From an uncultured delta proteobacterium (lineage in GTDB: Bacteria > Desulfobacterota > RBG-13-43-22): DNA of 64,000 bases. The notes beneath the pieces are model-generated. The model had not been told where the DNA came from, made no database searches, and saw nothing but the letters and a program-made list of their open reading frames with translations. The stretch spans positions 32,001 to 96,000 of the forward strand of contig CAVUPH010000012.1 in the NCBI GenBank assembly GCA_963743305.1, read 5' to 3'. Position 1 is the stretch's first letter; each line of letters opens with the position of its first letter. The position numbers and the translations under genes are program-made. Of this stretch, positions 20,397 through 30,246 are shown in pieces.

Positions 20397-20783
20397 ATGG
20401 CACAGGTCCACCGGCTTACCGCTAAAAACTGCCTTTATTACCAACGCGGACATTGCACCAAACCCCAGAACTCCATCCCCCCGGAGGAGGGAACCTGTCT
20501 CCTGATTGTGGAGCGAAAAAAAATCGGCCGTCAAGCCCTGGACCGTTTGAAGCGCCTGGAACGTTTTGACCTTTCGCGACCAGGAGCAGACCGAATGATC
20601 GCTGAGAAGTACATCGTGGATCGGAACCTAAAGGAAATGACCAAAGTCCAATGTAAAAATTTTATCGACTCCGGGGTCAACTTCCCCCCCTGCCTGCACC
20701 AGGTCAGCACCGGATGCGCCCTGAAGATGAGACGTTGTCAGGGACGATGTCCGGACTACGAAATAAAGCCACAAATCCCATAA
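20397..20783 (+). CDS. Cys-rich hypothetical protein
   Basis: 128-aa ORF with 8 Cys, co-oriented in a tight operon. Confidence 0.7.
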   Translation: MAQVHRLTAKNCLYYQRGHCTKPQNSIPPEEGTCLLIVERKKIGRQALDRLKRLERFDLSRPGADRMIAEKYIVDRNLKEMTKVQCKNFIDSGVNFPPCLHQVSTGCALKMRRCQGRCPDYEIKPQIP

Positions 20784-20811
20784 AACCTCGTTAAAAAGGT
20801 ATTAATAGCTT

Positions 20812-21939
20812 ATGAACAACTTTGAGATCATCCACCGCGGCGACCCGAACGGCAACGGGTGGATCATCCGCCTGCCCTTGCCTTCGGGCCGAACCCTCTT
20901 CGGACTGGCGACTGAAAACATATACGGCGGTGACTGGGACCTGGGCCCCACCTGGAACTATATCGTTCAGGGCGAGTTTCCCTTCTTAATCGATACGGGC
21001 CGTTTCGGCATGGGAGGCCGGTTATTGGAAATGATGAAGCAGACCGACCTTCACTCGGAAGATTTAAAAGGAATATTCCTCACCCATGGCCATGAAGACC
21101 ACGACGGGGGATTACCGGAACTGGCCCGGGATACCAGCGCTTCGATTTGGGTCCATCCTCTGTACGACCTCCTCCGTCGCTCCTACCCCAACCTGGCCCC
21201 TCCGGCTACCAAAGAGGACTTCTCGGCTTCCTGCTGGCATTGCTTCATGCCCGGGACCTTTACCCAGTCCCATTGCCGGGAATACCACCGCCAGAGAGAT
21301 GATTTGAAAATAAACCGCCTGGAAGGATTGCGCTTTCCGCTGGATGGAGCGGTTAACTTGCATCATCTGCCGGGACACTGTCCGGACGCTTTGGCCTATC
21401 AGATCGGGTCGGAAGCCCTGATTGTGGGAGATACCCTGCTTCCGGACATCACTCCCCATCCTTCCCAGGAGGCCTTTTATCCACTCATCCAGCCCCTCCT
21501 GCCTCCAGATTTTCCACCCCAGTCGGCCTGTTATGGTCTGCGGGCTTATATCCGATCATTAAAACGGCTGGCGGTCTTGGGCCGGGAATATCCTCGGATG
21601 CAGGTCCTGCCGGCCCACCGGTTGTTTTACAATGACCGCTGGGGGATAATCGAGCTAAGGGAAAGAAGCGAAGAAATTATCGAGCACCACCTCCAGCGCT
21701 GTGCCTCGATCCTGGAAGTCCTGAAGAAGGGCCCAATGACGGCGGAGGAAATCGCCCGAGCCTATTACGAGGCAAAGTTGCTAAAGGGATTCGGGATCAG
21801 GATGGCGGAAAATGAAATAAAAAGCCACCTGGAGTTACTGGAGCATAGCGGGGATATCTTTTGGTCGGGTGCAGGAATCGCCTCAGCCACCGGGAAAACC
21901 GATTTTGAAGATTATATTCGACGGATCGAAGCCGATTGA
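20812..21939 (+). CDS. Metallo-beta-lactamase-fold hydrolase
   Basis: THGHEDHDGG, PGHCPD, GDTLL and PAH. Confidence 0.88.
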   Translation: MNNFEIIHRGDPNGNGWIIRLPLPSGRTLFGLATENIYGGDWDLGPTWNYIVQGEFPFLIDTGRFGMGGRLLEMMKQTDLHSEDLKGIFLTHGHEDHDGGLPELARDTSASIWVHPLYDLLRRSYPNLAPPATKEDFSASCWHCFMPGTFTQSHCREYHRQRDDLKINRLEGLRFPLDGAVNLHHLPGHCPDALAYQIGSEALIVGDTLLPDITPHPSQEAFYPLIQPLLPPDFPPQSACYGLRAYIRSLKRLAVLGREYPRMQVLPAHRLFYNDRWGIIELRERSEEIIEHHLQRCASILEVLKKGPMTAEEIARAYYEAKLLKGFGIRMAENEIKSHLELLEHSGDIFWSGAGIASATGKTDFEDYIRRIEAD

Positions 21940-21977
21940 TTCGAAAGAAAATCCTTATATTTTAAAAAATATTCCCC

Positions 21978-22637
21978 TTAGTACACCTGAACCGCTTCCG
22001 TTTTCCCTCCGCCAAACCGGGTCATGGTCTCGGCGGCCAGCAATAATCCCTCCTGGATAGGCTCCTTATCAACCCCAGGGACAGCATAGGCATAAAAAAG
22101 CGCCCGTCGGGTGTTTTCAGAAACCCGTGTTTTTTCGTCCGCCCCTTGACAGAGCACGCAAACCACATCCTCCTCGTCCCGAAGCACGATCTCCCGGTCC
22201 TTCAGTAGAAATTCCCTCTTGCCCAGTCCCCGGCAGACCTCCCCTTCTCCGGCAAGGTCCAGCAGCAGAGCTCCTTTAAAACGATCGGCATCCGTCACGG
22301 CCACCAGGATGCCGGCGCACATTTCGGCCATAAAATGGGTATCTATCATAAGATTATAGCGGGGAAAACCGCTTTGGTTGGTCCGCTTCAGGTGTTTGGG
22401 CAAAGGGCATTCATACCCGAAAGATCGAAAAAAACGTTCGTAGGACTCGATGCGGCCGGTAATCCGGGCCAGGGTCTCCTTCTTCCGCATGAGGCGCAAA
22501 TGCTTCCGTTTGTATTCGTCAAAACCCGGTGGATTGACCGGGTTTTGACATCCCGAAATCAACGCCAGTCCGAAAGCCAAACCGGGGTAGGTGCTCTTAT
22601 ACGCTTCCGAAATCGAAAATTCAAGAGAAGTAGTCAT
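21978..22637 (-). CDS. Stand-alone B3/4 (PheRS beta editing-like) domain protein
   Basis: FPRYNLMID, DADRFKG, EIVLRDEEDVV and ADEKTRVSENT fit the B3/4 pattern. Confidence 0.7.
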   Translation of the reverse strand: MTTSLEFSISEAYKSTYPGLAFGLALISGCQNPVNPPGFDEYKRKHLRLMRKKETLARITGRIESYERFFRSFGYECPLPKHLKRTNQSGFPRYNLMIDTHFMAEMCAGILVAVTDADRFKGALLLDLAGEGEVCRGLGKREFLLKDREIVLRDEEDVVCVLCQGADEKTRVSENTRRALFYAYAVPGVDKEPIQEGLLLAAETMTRFGGGKTEAVQVY

Positions 22638-22689
22638 TGTCTTGGCCCCGTGGGCGGCCTGCTGATCGAGACGCTCCCATCTCCCCCTT

Positions 22690-23764
22690 TCAGGCGATTT
22701 TCACCACCCAACCGAAGGGATCTTTTTTATCTCCATACTGAATGCCCGTTATTTCGTCATAAAGCCGTTGGGCCAGCGCTCCGGTTTTCCCGTCGGCCAC
22801 GGGAATAACCTGCTCCTGGAAGCCTATTTCGCCCACCGGGGAAATTACCGCCGCCGTGCCGGTGGCGAACATCTCCTTCAGCTTGCCGTCTTGGGCGGTC
22901 TTCAGTACCTCATCGATGGTAATGGGACGCTCGGTCACTTTGATCCCCCAGTCTTTTCGCCAGGTGGATAACGGAGTCCCGGGTCACACCGGGGAGGATC
23001 GTCCCGGCCAAGGGGGGGGTAATCAGCTCGTCCTGGATCAGGAAAAAGATATTGCTGGTTCCCACTTCTTCCACATACTTATGCTCGGCCGCGTCGAGCC
23101 AGAGCACCTGGGTGTAGCCCATCTCCTGGGCCTTGGAGGCGGCAAACAGGCTGGCGGCGTAGTTCCCGCCGGTCTTGGTCTCGCCCACCCCGCCTTTGGC
23201 GGCCCGAACATACGATTTGGTGACGTAAATTCGGGTGGGGCTGAAACCCTCCGGGTAGTAGGGACCCACCGGCCCGAGGATGATGAAAAAAAGATAGCGA
23301 TTGGAGGGCTTGACCCCCAGGGCGGCCTCGGTGGCGATCATGGTCGGACGAATATATAAGGAAGTCCCCTTCGATACGGGGATCCAGTCTCGATCCAGGA
23401 GGATAAGCGCTTTCATTCCTTGCATAAAAATATCCGGATCCGTTTCCGCCATGCACAGTCGCCGAGCCGAACGATTCCAGCGCTCAATATTCTTGTCCGG
23501 GCGAAAAAGGGCAATGGTCCCGTCAGTCCAGCGGTAGGCCTTCAACCCTTCAAAAATCTCCTGGCCGTAATGGAGGACCATGGCTGATGGATCCAAGGAA
23601 AGGGGCCCATAGGGTACGATCCGAGGGTCGATCCAGCCCTTACCCTTTTCGTAATCCATAAGGAACATGTGGTCGGTGAAATATTTCCCAAAACCCAGTT
23701 CAGACTCGTTTTTCGGCCTCGGCCGCCGGCCGATGGTGGTAGATTTGGTGATTGGGATTTCCAT
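22690..23764 (-). CDS. ilvE: Branched-chain amino acid aminotransferase, one +1 frameshift at about 22955
   Basis: LHYGQEIFEGLKAY, KTGGNYA, ILPGVTR and GTAAVISPVG; extra A in an AAAA run. Confidence 0.95.
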
Positions 23765-23950
23765 GATTCAACACTCCTCCCGAACAGTATTTATTTCGAA
23801 ATCTGAAGAAACTTACTCCCTATCTTTTCTTTACCACTTTTTCAATCGAATATCCACCCTTTCAGAGATGTTGAAATTTCCAATTAAATGTATTATTATA
23901 AAAAAAAGGGCTGAACGGGCCCTTCAATTATATATACAGGGAGAAAAAAA

Positions 23951-24202
23951 ATGACCCATCACGAACCTTCCCCGTCTCCGGAAGAAAAAGCTGACTTTTT
24001 TACCGCCGAAATAGAAGACGGCGAACTGGTTATGAAACCCTTCTGTAAATGCGGCAACATCCTGGATGAAAAATATTTCTGTGAGAAATGTCAACGCCAA
24101 TGCCTGTGCACCGACATTATCTGTGCCGATGAAACCACCTTCCGCTTTGTCCAGGACAACCCCCCGTTTAAGAAGTTCAGGTTTTTTCTGGCCTCTAAGT
24201 AA
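23951..24202 (+). CDS. Small Cys-rich hypothetical protein (possible metal binding)
   Basis: CKC, CEKC, CLC and one further Cys; GGGAG RBS. Confidence 0.7.
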   Translation: MTHHEPSPSPEEKADFFTAEIEDGELVMKPFCKCGNILDEKYFCEKCQRQCLCTDIICADETTFRFVQDNPPFKKFRFFLASK

Positions 24203-24332
24203 CTAATTAAATTATTTTTTTAAATTTCCGCCGTTTTACCTGGTCGGTTAGGGACGGGGGCGAAGTCTCATCCCATATCCAATCAACCCCTCATCTCCAA
24301 TTTTGATATTTATAATGAAAGGAAACTCAACG

Positions 24333-25202
24333 ATGGAAGAACATAAACCGGCTATTAAACCCGCTGACCGGGGCGAATCGATCATGCCGATTCACGGCAC
24401 TTTTAATTTCCAGTGCGGCCCCGGGGTCACCTGCTTCACGAATTGTTGCCGCGACGTCACCATCTTTTTGACCCCCTATGACATCCTGCGGATGAAAACT
24501 GCCTTGGGAATCTCTTCCGAAGATTTTATCGCCCAATATGCCCTGCCTATGACCGGAACCGACTCCGGTCTTCCTATTTTTATCCTGAAAATGGGCGAGG
24601 GCCCCGAGAAACGTTGTGCTTTTGTCGATCCTCAGAAAGGTTGCCGGGTCTATGAAGAACGCCCCTGGGCCTGCAGGATGTACCCCTTGGACAGCCGAGA
24701 AGGAGATGAAGGAGAAGAAGAGTTTTTCGTCACCGCCGACCCTCAAAAATGCCGGGGCCTACTGGCCGAGCATACCCTGACACCGGCGGAATGGGAAATA
24801 AACCAAGGTCTAAATGTTTATAAAGAGGTAGAGGAACTTTTCAACCAAGTGACTTCGGCCCAGCGAATCTGGGGAGACCATAAATTGGACGGCAAAGTCC
24901 AGAGTATGATCATCCTGGCCTGTTACGATACGGAACGGTTTCGAAAATTCATCTTTGGTAGCAACTTTTTGAAACTCTTCGATCTTTCTCCGGAAGAAAC
25001 CGAAACCTTGAAGACCGATGACCTGGCCTTGCTCAAACTCGGATTTAAATGGTTGCAATTCGGCCTGCTGGGAAAATCCACCCTGCCGGTGCGGGAAGAA
25101 GTCATCAAGGCTAAAGAAAAAGAACTGGGGGTTACTCTTCCTAAAGACGACGGGCTTTGGAAAAACCCGGAGATAAAGAAACCTCAGGGTCTTAGCCGTT
25201 AG
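24333..25202 (+). CDS. YkgJ-family (CxxCxxCC) cysteine-cluster protein
   Basis: CGPGVTCFTNCC, CAF, CRVYEERPWACRMYP. Confidence 0.9.
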   Translation: MEEHKPAIKPADRGESIMPIHGTFNFQCGPGVTCFTNCCRDVTIFLTPYDILRMKTALGISSEDFIAQYALPMTGTDSGLPIFILKMGEGPEKRCAFVDPQKGCRVYEERPWACRMYPLDSREGDEGEEEFFVTADPQKCRGLLAEHTLTPAEWEINQGLNVYKEVEELFNQVTSAQRIWGDHKLDGKVQSMIILACYDTERFRKFIFGSNFLKLFDLSPEETETLKTDDLALLKLGFKWLQFGLLGKSTLPVREEVIKAKEKELGVTLPKDDGLWKNPEIKKPQGLSR

Positions 25203-25210
25203 TCAAAAAA

Positions 25211-25969
25211 ATGAACTCCCCAGAACCCTTTCAGTTCCTGGAAAAAGAGGCTTTCACCTTTGCCTGTCATCCAGGAGTGCCTTGCTTTACGGAATGCTGC
25301 CGGGATCTGCGGCTGGTCCTGACCCCCTACGATATTTTGAGGCTAAAAAAACGTCTAGGCGTCACATCCGGAGCTTTCCTCGACGACTACACCGAACTGC
25401 AATTGGGCGAACACAACGGCTTCCCGGCGGTCTCTCTAAAAATGGAGGCTAATGATCGCCGGACTTGCCCCTTCGTAACCCCGCAGGGTTGCCGGGTCTA
25501 TGAAGATCGGCCCGGGGCCTGCCGGATCTACCCTGTGGGCCGGGGTGCATCTAAAAACGAGAGCCGGGGTCCAGCCAGGGAAATTTTTTTCGTGGTCCGG
25601 GAACCCCATTGCCTGGGATTTCAGGAAGATACCGACTGGACGATCGAGGGCTGGTCTAAAGATCAAGGCCTGGAACGGTACAACTATTTTAATGACTGCT
25701 GGATGGAGATCATCACTCATCGGGGTTCCTTGGGAGCGAGCGAGGTTATCCCCAAGAAAATGCAAATGTTCGCCATGGCCAGCTATAATCTTGATCGGTT
25801 CCGGGGTTTTGTCCTGGGCAGTCGATTCCTCGCCCTTTTTGAACTGCCTGAAGAAACCAGGGAGAAGATTAAAACCGACGATGAGGCATTGTTAGCCTTG
25901 GCCTGTCAATGGCTTAAGTTTGCCCTTTTTGGTGAAAAGACCCTCACTCTGAGGAAAAGCGATGAGTGA
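25211..25969 (+). CDS. YkgJ-family cysteine-cluster protein (paralog)
   Basis: CHPGVPCFTECC, CPF, CRVYEDRPGACRIYP. Confidence 0.9.
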   Translation: MNSPEPFQFLEKEAFTFACHPGVPCFTECCRDLRLVLTPYDILRLKKRLGVTSGAFLDDYTELQLGEHNGFPAVSLKMEANDRRTCPFVTPQGCRVYEDRPGACRIYPVGRGASKNESRGPAREIFFVVREPHCLGFQEDTDWTIEGWSKDQGLERYNYFNDCWMEIITHRGSLGASEVIPKKMQMFAMASYNLDRFRGFVLGSRFLALFELPEETREKIKTDDEALLALACQWLKFALFGEKTLTLRKSDE

Positions 25970-26498
25970 ATCCTGCCCCGGAGAAAAATACAAATCCGGC
26001 CTGCTGCCCCTTTCCACCGGTGAAACCATCAAAGAAGAGGTCATCCGGGATAGAATCGTCCGTCTTTTATTGAGCGAAAAGGGATATCAGGAAGAGGACT
26101 TGGAACTGGATGTGCCTTTCAGCCTGGTTATAGGTCCGGAAACCTTTTCGCTGAAGGCCTCCATCCTAATTCAATTGGGCGGGAAAAAGGTGGTGCTGAT
26201 CAAGTGCGGCGCCGGCTCCATTCTGGCCCGGGAGCGGTCCACACTGGCCCTGGCCCGCCTATTCACCGAATATCAAATTCCCCTCACCGTCGTGACCAAC
26301 AGCGAAGACGCCACCCTGTTGAATACCTTGAACGGGGAAACCCTGGAATGCGGCCTGGCGGCTATTCCGGGAAAGGGGCAACTCCTCGATCGTCTGGAGG
26401 AGCTGTCTTTTGTGCCACTCCCGGATAAACGCCTGAAAATGGAAAAGCAGATCTTGTCGGCCTTTGAGGCCTTGGGCCTGCATGGAGAATGCCACTAA
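25962..26498 (+). CDS. Stand-alone HsdR N-terminal-like domain protein
   Basis: EEVIRDRIVRLLLSEKGY and VVTNSED pattern; overlaps the upstream stop. Confidence 0.7.
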   Translation: MSESCPGEKYKSGLLPLSTGETIKEEVIRDRIVRLLLSEKGYQEEDLELDVPFSLVIGPETFSLKASILIQLGGKKVVLIKCGAGSILARERSTLALARLFTEYQIPLTVVTNSEDATLLNTLNGETLECGLAAIPGKGQLLDRLEELSFVPLPDKRLKMEKQILSAFEALGLHGECH

Positions 26499-26526
26499 AA
26501 GCGCTATTTGATCTGAATATCGGTTT

Positions 26527-27288
26527 TTATTGCTTCCCGATATACCCAGCCCTTTCCCGAATGAGCGCGTCGATTTCCTTCCGGTTTTTGATCATGAAAT
26601 CAAGCAGCTGCTTGGAAAGGAAGGCCAACTGAGGAATGTCCCGAGCCTGTATATCCTCTATTTTGAACAGGATCTCGTTCCGGTACAGGTAGGCAACGAT
26701 GGCGTCCTCCGCATCCAGATGAACCTCGAACCGGTCCCTCAAATACTCCAGCCAGCGTCCAAACTCCTGGGAATGATCCAGATGGTCGACCGGTATCCCG
26801 CTCTCTAAACTCAACTGTTTGAAGGTCCCCGGCTCGGTTCCCGACCCTTTGAGGTAATCGAGTATATGGGCGAATTGATGAATCAGCGTGGAATCTTGAA
26901 TTTTGGGGGTAATGGCCAGATAAAAATGCCTAGGGTCGTTTACCCTGGTTTTCCGAGTATTGACCAGAATAGCGGCGCTGCCCTTTAGACCCTCCAGGGG
27001 GATTTCCTGACCGGAAACCCCCAAATTCCGGTACGCCTCCAGGTCGACGCACTTGATCCCCATCGAGCTATCCAGAATCCCGTCTTGGACCAAGGCCTCG
27101 ATCATTGCCCGGGAACGGCCGTAGTGGACCTCGGGTAATCCGCAAATCTTACGGCCGGCTTCCGGGTCCAAGACTTCCTTTTTCCTTAGGACCAGTTCCC
27201 CTTCCCGGCCCATATGGCACTTTTTGAATTTTTTCCCGCTTCCGCAGGGGCAGGGATCGTTTCGTCCTGTTTTGGACAGAGGTTCCAA
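26527..27288 (-). CDS. SEC-C motif protein with a degenerate zincin-like HQxxH motif
   Basis: GRNDPCPCGSGKKFKKCH and IHQFAHILD. Confidence 0.8.
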   Translation of the reverse strand: MEPLSKTGRNDPCPCGSGKKFKKCHMGREGELVLRKKEVLDPEAGRKICGLPEVHYGRSRAMIEALVQDGILDSSMGIKCVDLEAYRNLGVSGQEIPLEGLKGSAAILVNTRKTRVNDPRHFYLAITPKIQDSTLIHQFAHILDYLKGSGTEPGTFKQLSLESGIPVDHLDHSQEFGRWLEYLRDRFEVHLDAEDAIVAYLYRNEILFKIEDIQARDIPQLAFLSKQLLDFMIKNRKEIDALIRERAGYIGKQ

Positions 27289-27293
27289 TTCGG

Positions 27294-27560
27294 TTAATCC
27301 TCAATGATATCGCACTTCAAGGCATCGTAAGACCATACCGGAAGTGGACCCGTCTCGCCATTTTCCGGATTGTATCGGTGGCGGTAAGAGGCCTTGGCCT
27401 TCATGGTCTTCATGGTCCAGTCCCAACCCCGGACAAAATAGGGGCATTCGTCATTAAAACAGATGTACTGAAATTCCGATCCCCAGGTGGAAGCGGCCGG
27501 CGTTTTCCACTTCTTCATTTTCTGCCCGCAATGGGGGCATATGGTTTTATCCTCTTCCAT
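27294..27560 (-). CDS. Small zinc-ribbon protein
   Basis: CPHC...CFNDEC; GGAGG RBS. Confidence 0.8.
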   Translation of the reverse strand: MEEDKTICPHCGQKMKKWKTPAASTWGSEFQYICFNDECPYFVRGWDWTMKTMKAKASYRHRYNPENGETGPLPVWSYDALKCDIIED

Positions 27561-27702
27561 CGATTCTCTTTCCTCCCGTATTCAGTTACTCAAGTCTTGA
27601 TTAAAGTAATCGGCTGAGGCCTTTTTGTCAACTTTCTCCCGATAGCAAGGTTCCGTTGGAGTGTTCTGGGATGAGGGAAGCATGACTATGAAATTATTTG
27701 AC

Positions 27703-27797
27703 GCTTCTCCCTTTTGGGTGGGTACCCCCAGATCTGGTATGGCCCCAATTCAGTCTAAACTACCACATATTGTGCCCACCCACCCAAGTGGGCGAAC
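27703..27797. repeat. Dispersed repeat family A, copy 2, plus an inverted partial copy
   Basis: gcttctcccttttgggtgggtacccccagatctggtatggcc, with an inverted partial copy cccacccacccaagtgggcgaac. Confidence 0.65.
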
Positions 27798-27855
27798 AAC
27801 CAGTTATTTTCAGCCACCTGGAGGGAACCAAAGGCTGGAAATAAGACTGGTTTAA

Positions 27856-28560
27856 TCAGAATCCCAGATAGGCCTTGCAGACCTGCTCATCCTGGAGCAG
27901 GTCCCGGGACGGTCCTTCCCTAACGATCTCGCCATTCTCCAAAACATAGGCCCGCTGGGCGAGATTGAGGGAATGATGGACATTCTGTTCGACCAGGAGG
28001 ATAGTGATGCCATCCTGATTAATCTGCCGGAGGATGGCAAAGATGCTGTTGACCAGCAGGGGAGAAAGGCCCAAGGAGGGTTCATCCAGCATCAGGATTT
28101 TGGGGTTGGACATGAGTCCCCGTCCGATGGCCAGCATCTGCTGTTCCCCGCCGGAAAGGGTCCCCGCGATCTGGGACTGACGCTCCTCCAATCGGGGAAA
28201 TAGGGTGTAAATTTTTTTTAGGTTTTCCTTCTTGAATTTTCGGGCTTTAGGGTTCAAGGCCCCCAAGTCCAGATTTTCCAGGACGGTCATAGTCGGGAAG
28301 AGTTGCCTCCCTTCCGGGATCTGGATGATCCCCATTTCCACGATAGCCGAGGTCGACCGGTTCTGGATAGGCTGATCGTTCCAGGTGATGGTGCCGCGCT
28401 TCGGTCTCAGTATCCCGGAGATGCCGCGGATGGTGGTGGACTTCCCGGCCCCGTTGGAGCCGATGAGGGTGACGATTTCCCCTTCCCGGACTTCCAACGA
28501 GACTTCCCGCAGGGCCTGGAGATCCCCGTAAAACACGTCGATACGCTCAACTCGGAGCAA
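27856..28560 (-). CDS. livF: Branched-chain amino acid-type ABC transporter ATPase (LivF-like)
   Basis: GSNGAGKST, LSGGEQQMLA, DEPSLGL and LVEQN. Confidence 0.9.
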   Translation of the reverse strand: MLRVERIDVFYGDLQALREVSLEVREGEIVTLIGSNGAGKSTTIRGISGILRPKRGTITWNDQPIQNRSTSAIVEMGIIQIPEGRQLFPTMTVLENLDLGALNPKARKFKKENLKKIYTLFPRLEERQSQIAGTLSGGEQQMLAIGRGLMSNPKILMLDEPSLGLSPLLVNSIFAILRQINQDGITILLVEQNVHHSLNLAQRAYVLENGEIVREGPSRDLLQDEQVCKAYLGF

Positions 28561-29272
28561 AGCAGAATTCCTCCCCCAGGTAGGCTTCCACGACCAGTGG
28601 GTTCTTGACAACCTCCTCCGGCGCCCCCTCGGCTATCTTCTCCCCGAAATTAAGCACCAGGATGCGCTGAGACAGGGCCATGACCCCTCGCATCACATGT
28701 TCGATCAACAGGATGGTAACCCCCCCCCGGTTGATCTCCCGAATCAACCCGATCAGGGTATCGGTCTCCGTCGGGTTGATCCCGGCCATTACCTCGTCGA
28801 GCATCAGCAGCTTCGGGTCCGTGGCCAAAGCGCGGGCCAACTCCAGCCGCTTCCGGTTGGGCAGGGTCAGCTCATTGCCCAGGGCCCGGCGCTTATCCTT
28901 GAGCCCGACAAACTGGATGACCTGATCGGCCTTTTTCGTCGCTTCCTTCAAATCCTTCAGCCGGTTAAAAGCGGCCACGATGACATTATCCAGAACGCTC
29001 AGTTCCAGAAAGGGTTTAACGATCTGAAAGGTCCGGACCAGCCCACGCTGGCAGATCTGGTGAGGTTTGAGGCCGAGCAGCGGCTGGCTTTGAAAAAAAA
29101 CCCGGCCGCTGTCCTGTTTGATAAATCCGGTCAGGATATTGAACAGCGTCGTTTTCCCGGCCCCGTTTGGTCCGATCACCGCCATGATTTCCCCGGACCG
29201 GATCTCCAGGGATACATTATCCAGTGCCCTGAGTCCCCCGAAGTTTTTCCCGATGTGGTCAACCGCCAGCAT
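28547..29272 (-). CDS. livG: ABC transporter ATPase (LivG-like)
   Basis: GPNGAGKTT, RTFQ, LDEVMAG and VEAYLG. Confidence 0.9.
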   Translation of the reverse strand: MLAVDHIGKNFGGLRALDNVSLEIRSGEIMAVIGPNGAGKTTLFNILTGFIKQDSGRVFFQSQPLLGLKPHQICQRGLVRTFQIVKPFLELSVLDNVIVAAFNRLKDLKEATKKADQVIQFVGLKDKRRALGNELTLPNRKRLELARALATDPKLLMLDEVMAGINPTETDTLIGLIREINRGGVTILLIEHVMRGVMALSQRILVLNFGEKIAEGAPEEVVKNPLVVEAYLGEEFCFAPS

Positions 29273-29277
29273 AGCTG

Positions 29278-30246
29278 TTAATCTTTTTCCTTGAGGAAGA
29301 AGGGTCTTAACTTTCGGTTCAATAGGGGCATGATCCCCCGGGGAAAGAAAAACACGGCGAAGATCAACACAAAACCGTAAATGACCATGTGCAGCCCAGG
29401 ACGCCCTATCTCGCTCAGGTACGCCCGGGTCCATTCGGCGGGTAGCGTGATCAGAAAAGAGCCCACGATGGGTCCCAAAATGGTTCCCATTCCGCCGATG
29501 ATCGGGCGGAGAATAATCTCAATGGACATGCCCATACTCATCACCCGATCCGGGCTCAGATGAAAAATCCGGTTGGCGTCGAAGGTTCCGGCCAGGGCCG
29601 TCATGAAAGCGCTCAGGGAAATGGCCAGCATTTTATATTTGAAGGTATTGACGCCCAAGCTCTCCGCCGCATCTTCGTCTTCCCGGATGGCCACCAGATA
29701 ACGGCCGGCCTTGGAAAGCTCCAGTATCCGCACCACAATAACAGAAAAAAGCAGTAACCCTAACGAAACATAGTAATAGGGGAGATTGCCCCGGAACTGC
29801 ATGTTCCAAAAACCGGGATTGAAATCGATAAACAATCCCATAAACGAACCGAGGCTGTCCATTTGCAGGGCGATCAGTCGCCCTATTTCAGCAAAAGCAA
29901 TAGTAATCAGTACGAAATAGACCCCCCGTAGACCAAACCTAAACCCCAGGAAACCGACAATGAGTCCGACCACCGTGGCCAGCAGACCTCCGGCAAACAT
30001 CCCGACCCAGGGGGTCAATCCGAACACCATGACCAGACGCGTCGAGGTGTAGGCCCCGATCCCCAGGTACAGGGAATGGCCCAGGGATATGTTACCGGTA
30101 TAGCCGGTCAGAATATTCCAGCACTGACCTAGATAGGCATAATAAAATATAAGGATGAAGATTTCCATCCAGTAGTTGTTTAGAACTCCAGGAAGCAGGA
30201 GGAGCACGGCCAGGCAGAGAGCCAGGAAGACATAGAGGCGTTTCAT
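29278..30246 (-). CDS. livM: ABC transporter permease (LivM-like)
   Basis: WNILTGYTGNISLGH, AIREDEDAAESLG and GGMGT. Confidence 0.9.
   Translation of the reverse strand: MKRLYVFLALCLAVLLLLPGVLNNYWMEIFILIFYYAYLGQCWNILTGYTGNISLGHSLYLGIGAYTSTRLVMVFGLTPWVGMFAGGLLATVVGLIVGFLGFRFGLRGVYFVLITIAFAEIGRLIALQMDSLGSFMGLFIDFNPGFWNMQFRGNLPYYYVSLGLLLFSVIVVRILELSKAGRYLVAIREDEDAAESLGVNTFKYKMLAISLSAFMTALAGTFDANRIFHLSPDRVMSMGMSIEIILRPIIGGMGTILGPIVGSFLITLPAEWTRAYLSEIGRPGLHMVIYGFVLIFAVFFFPRGIMPLLNRKLRPFFLKEKD

Noticed and set aside
25962-26498. Type I restriction-modification defence system
   Set aside because: Only a short HsdR-N-like domain is present, with no methylase, specificity subunit or helicase.
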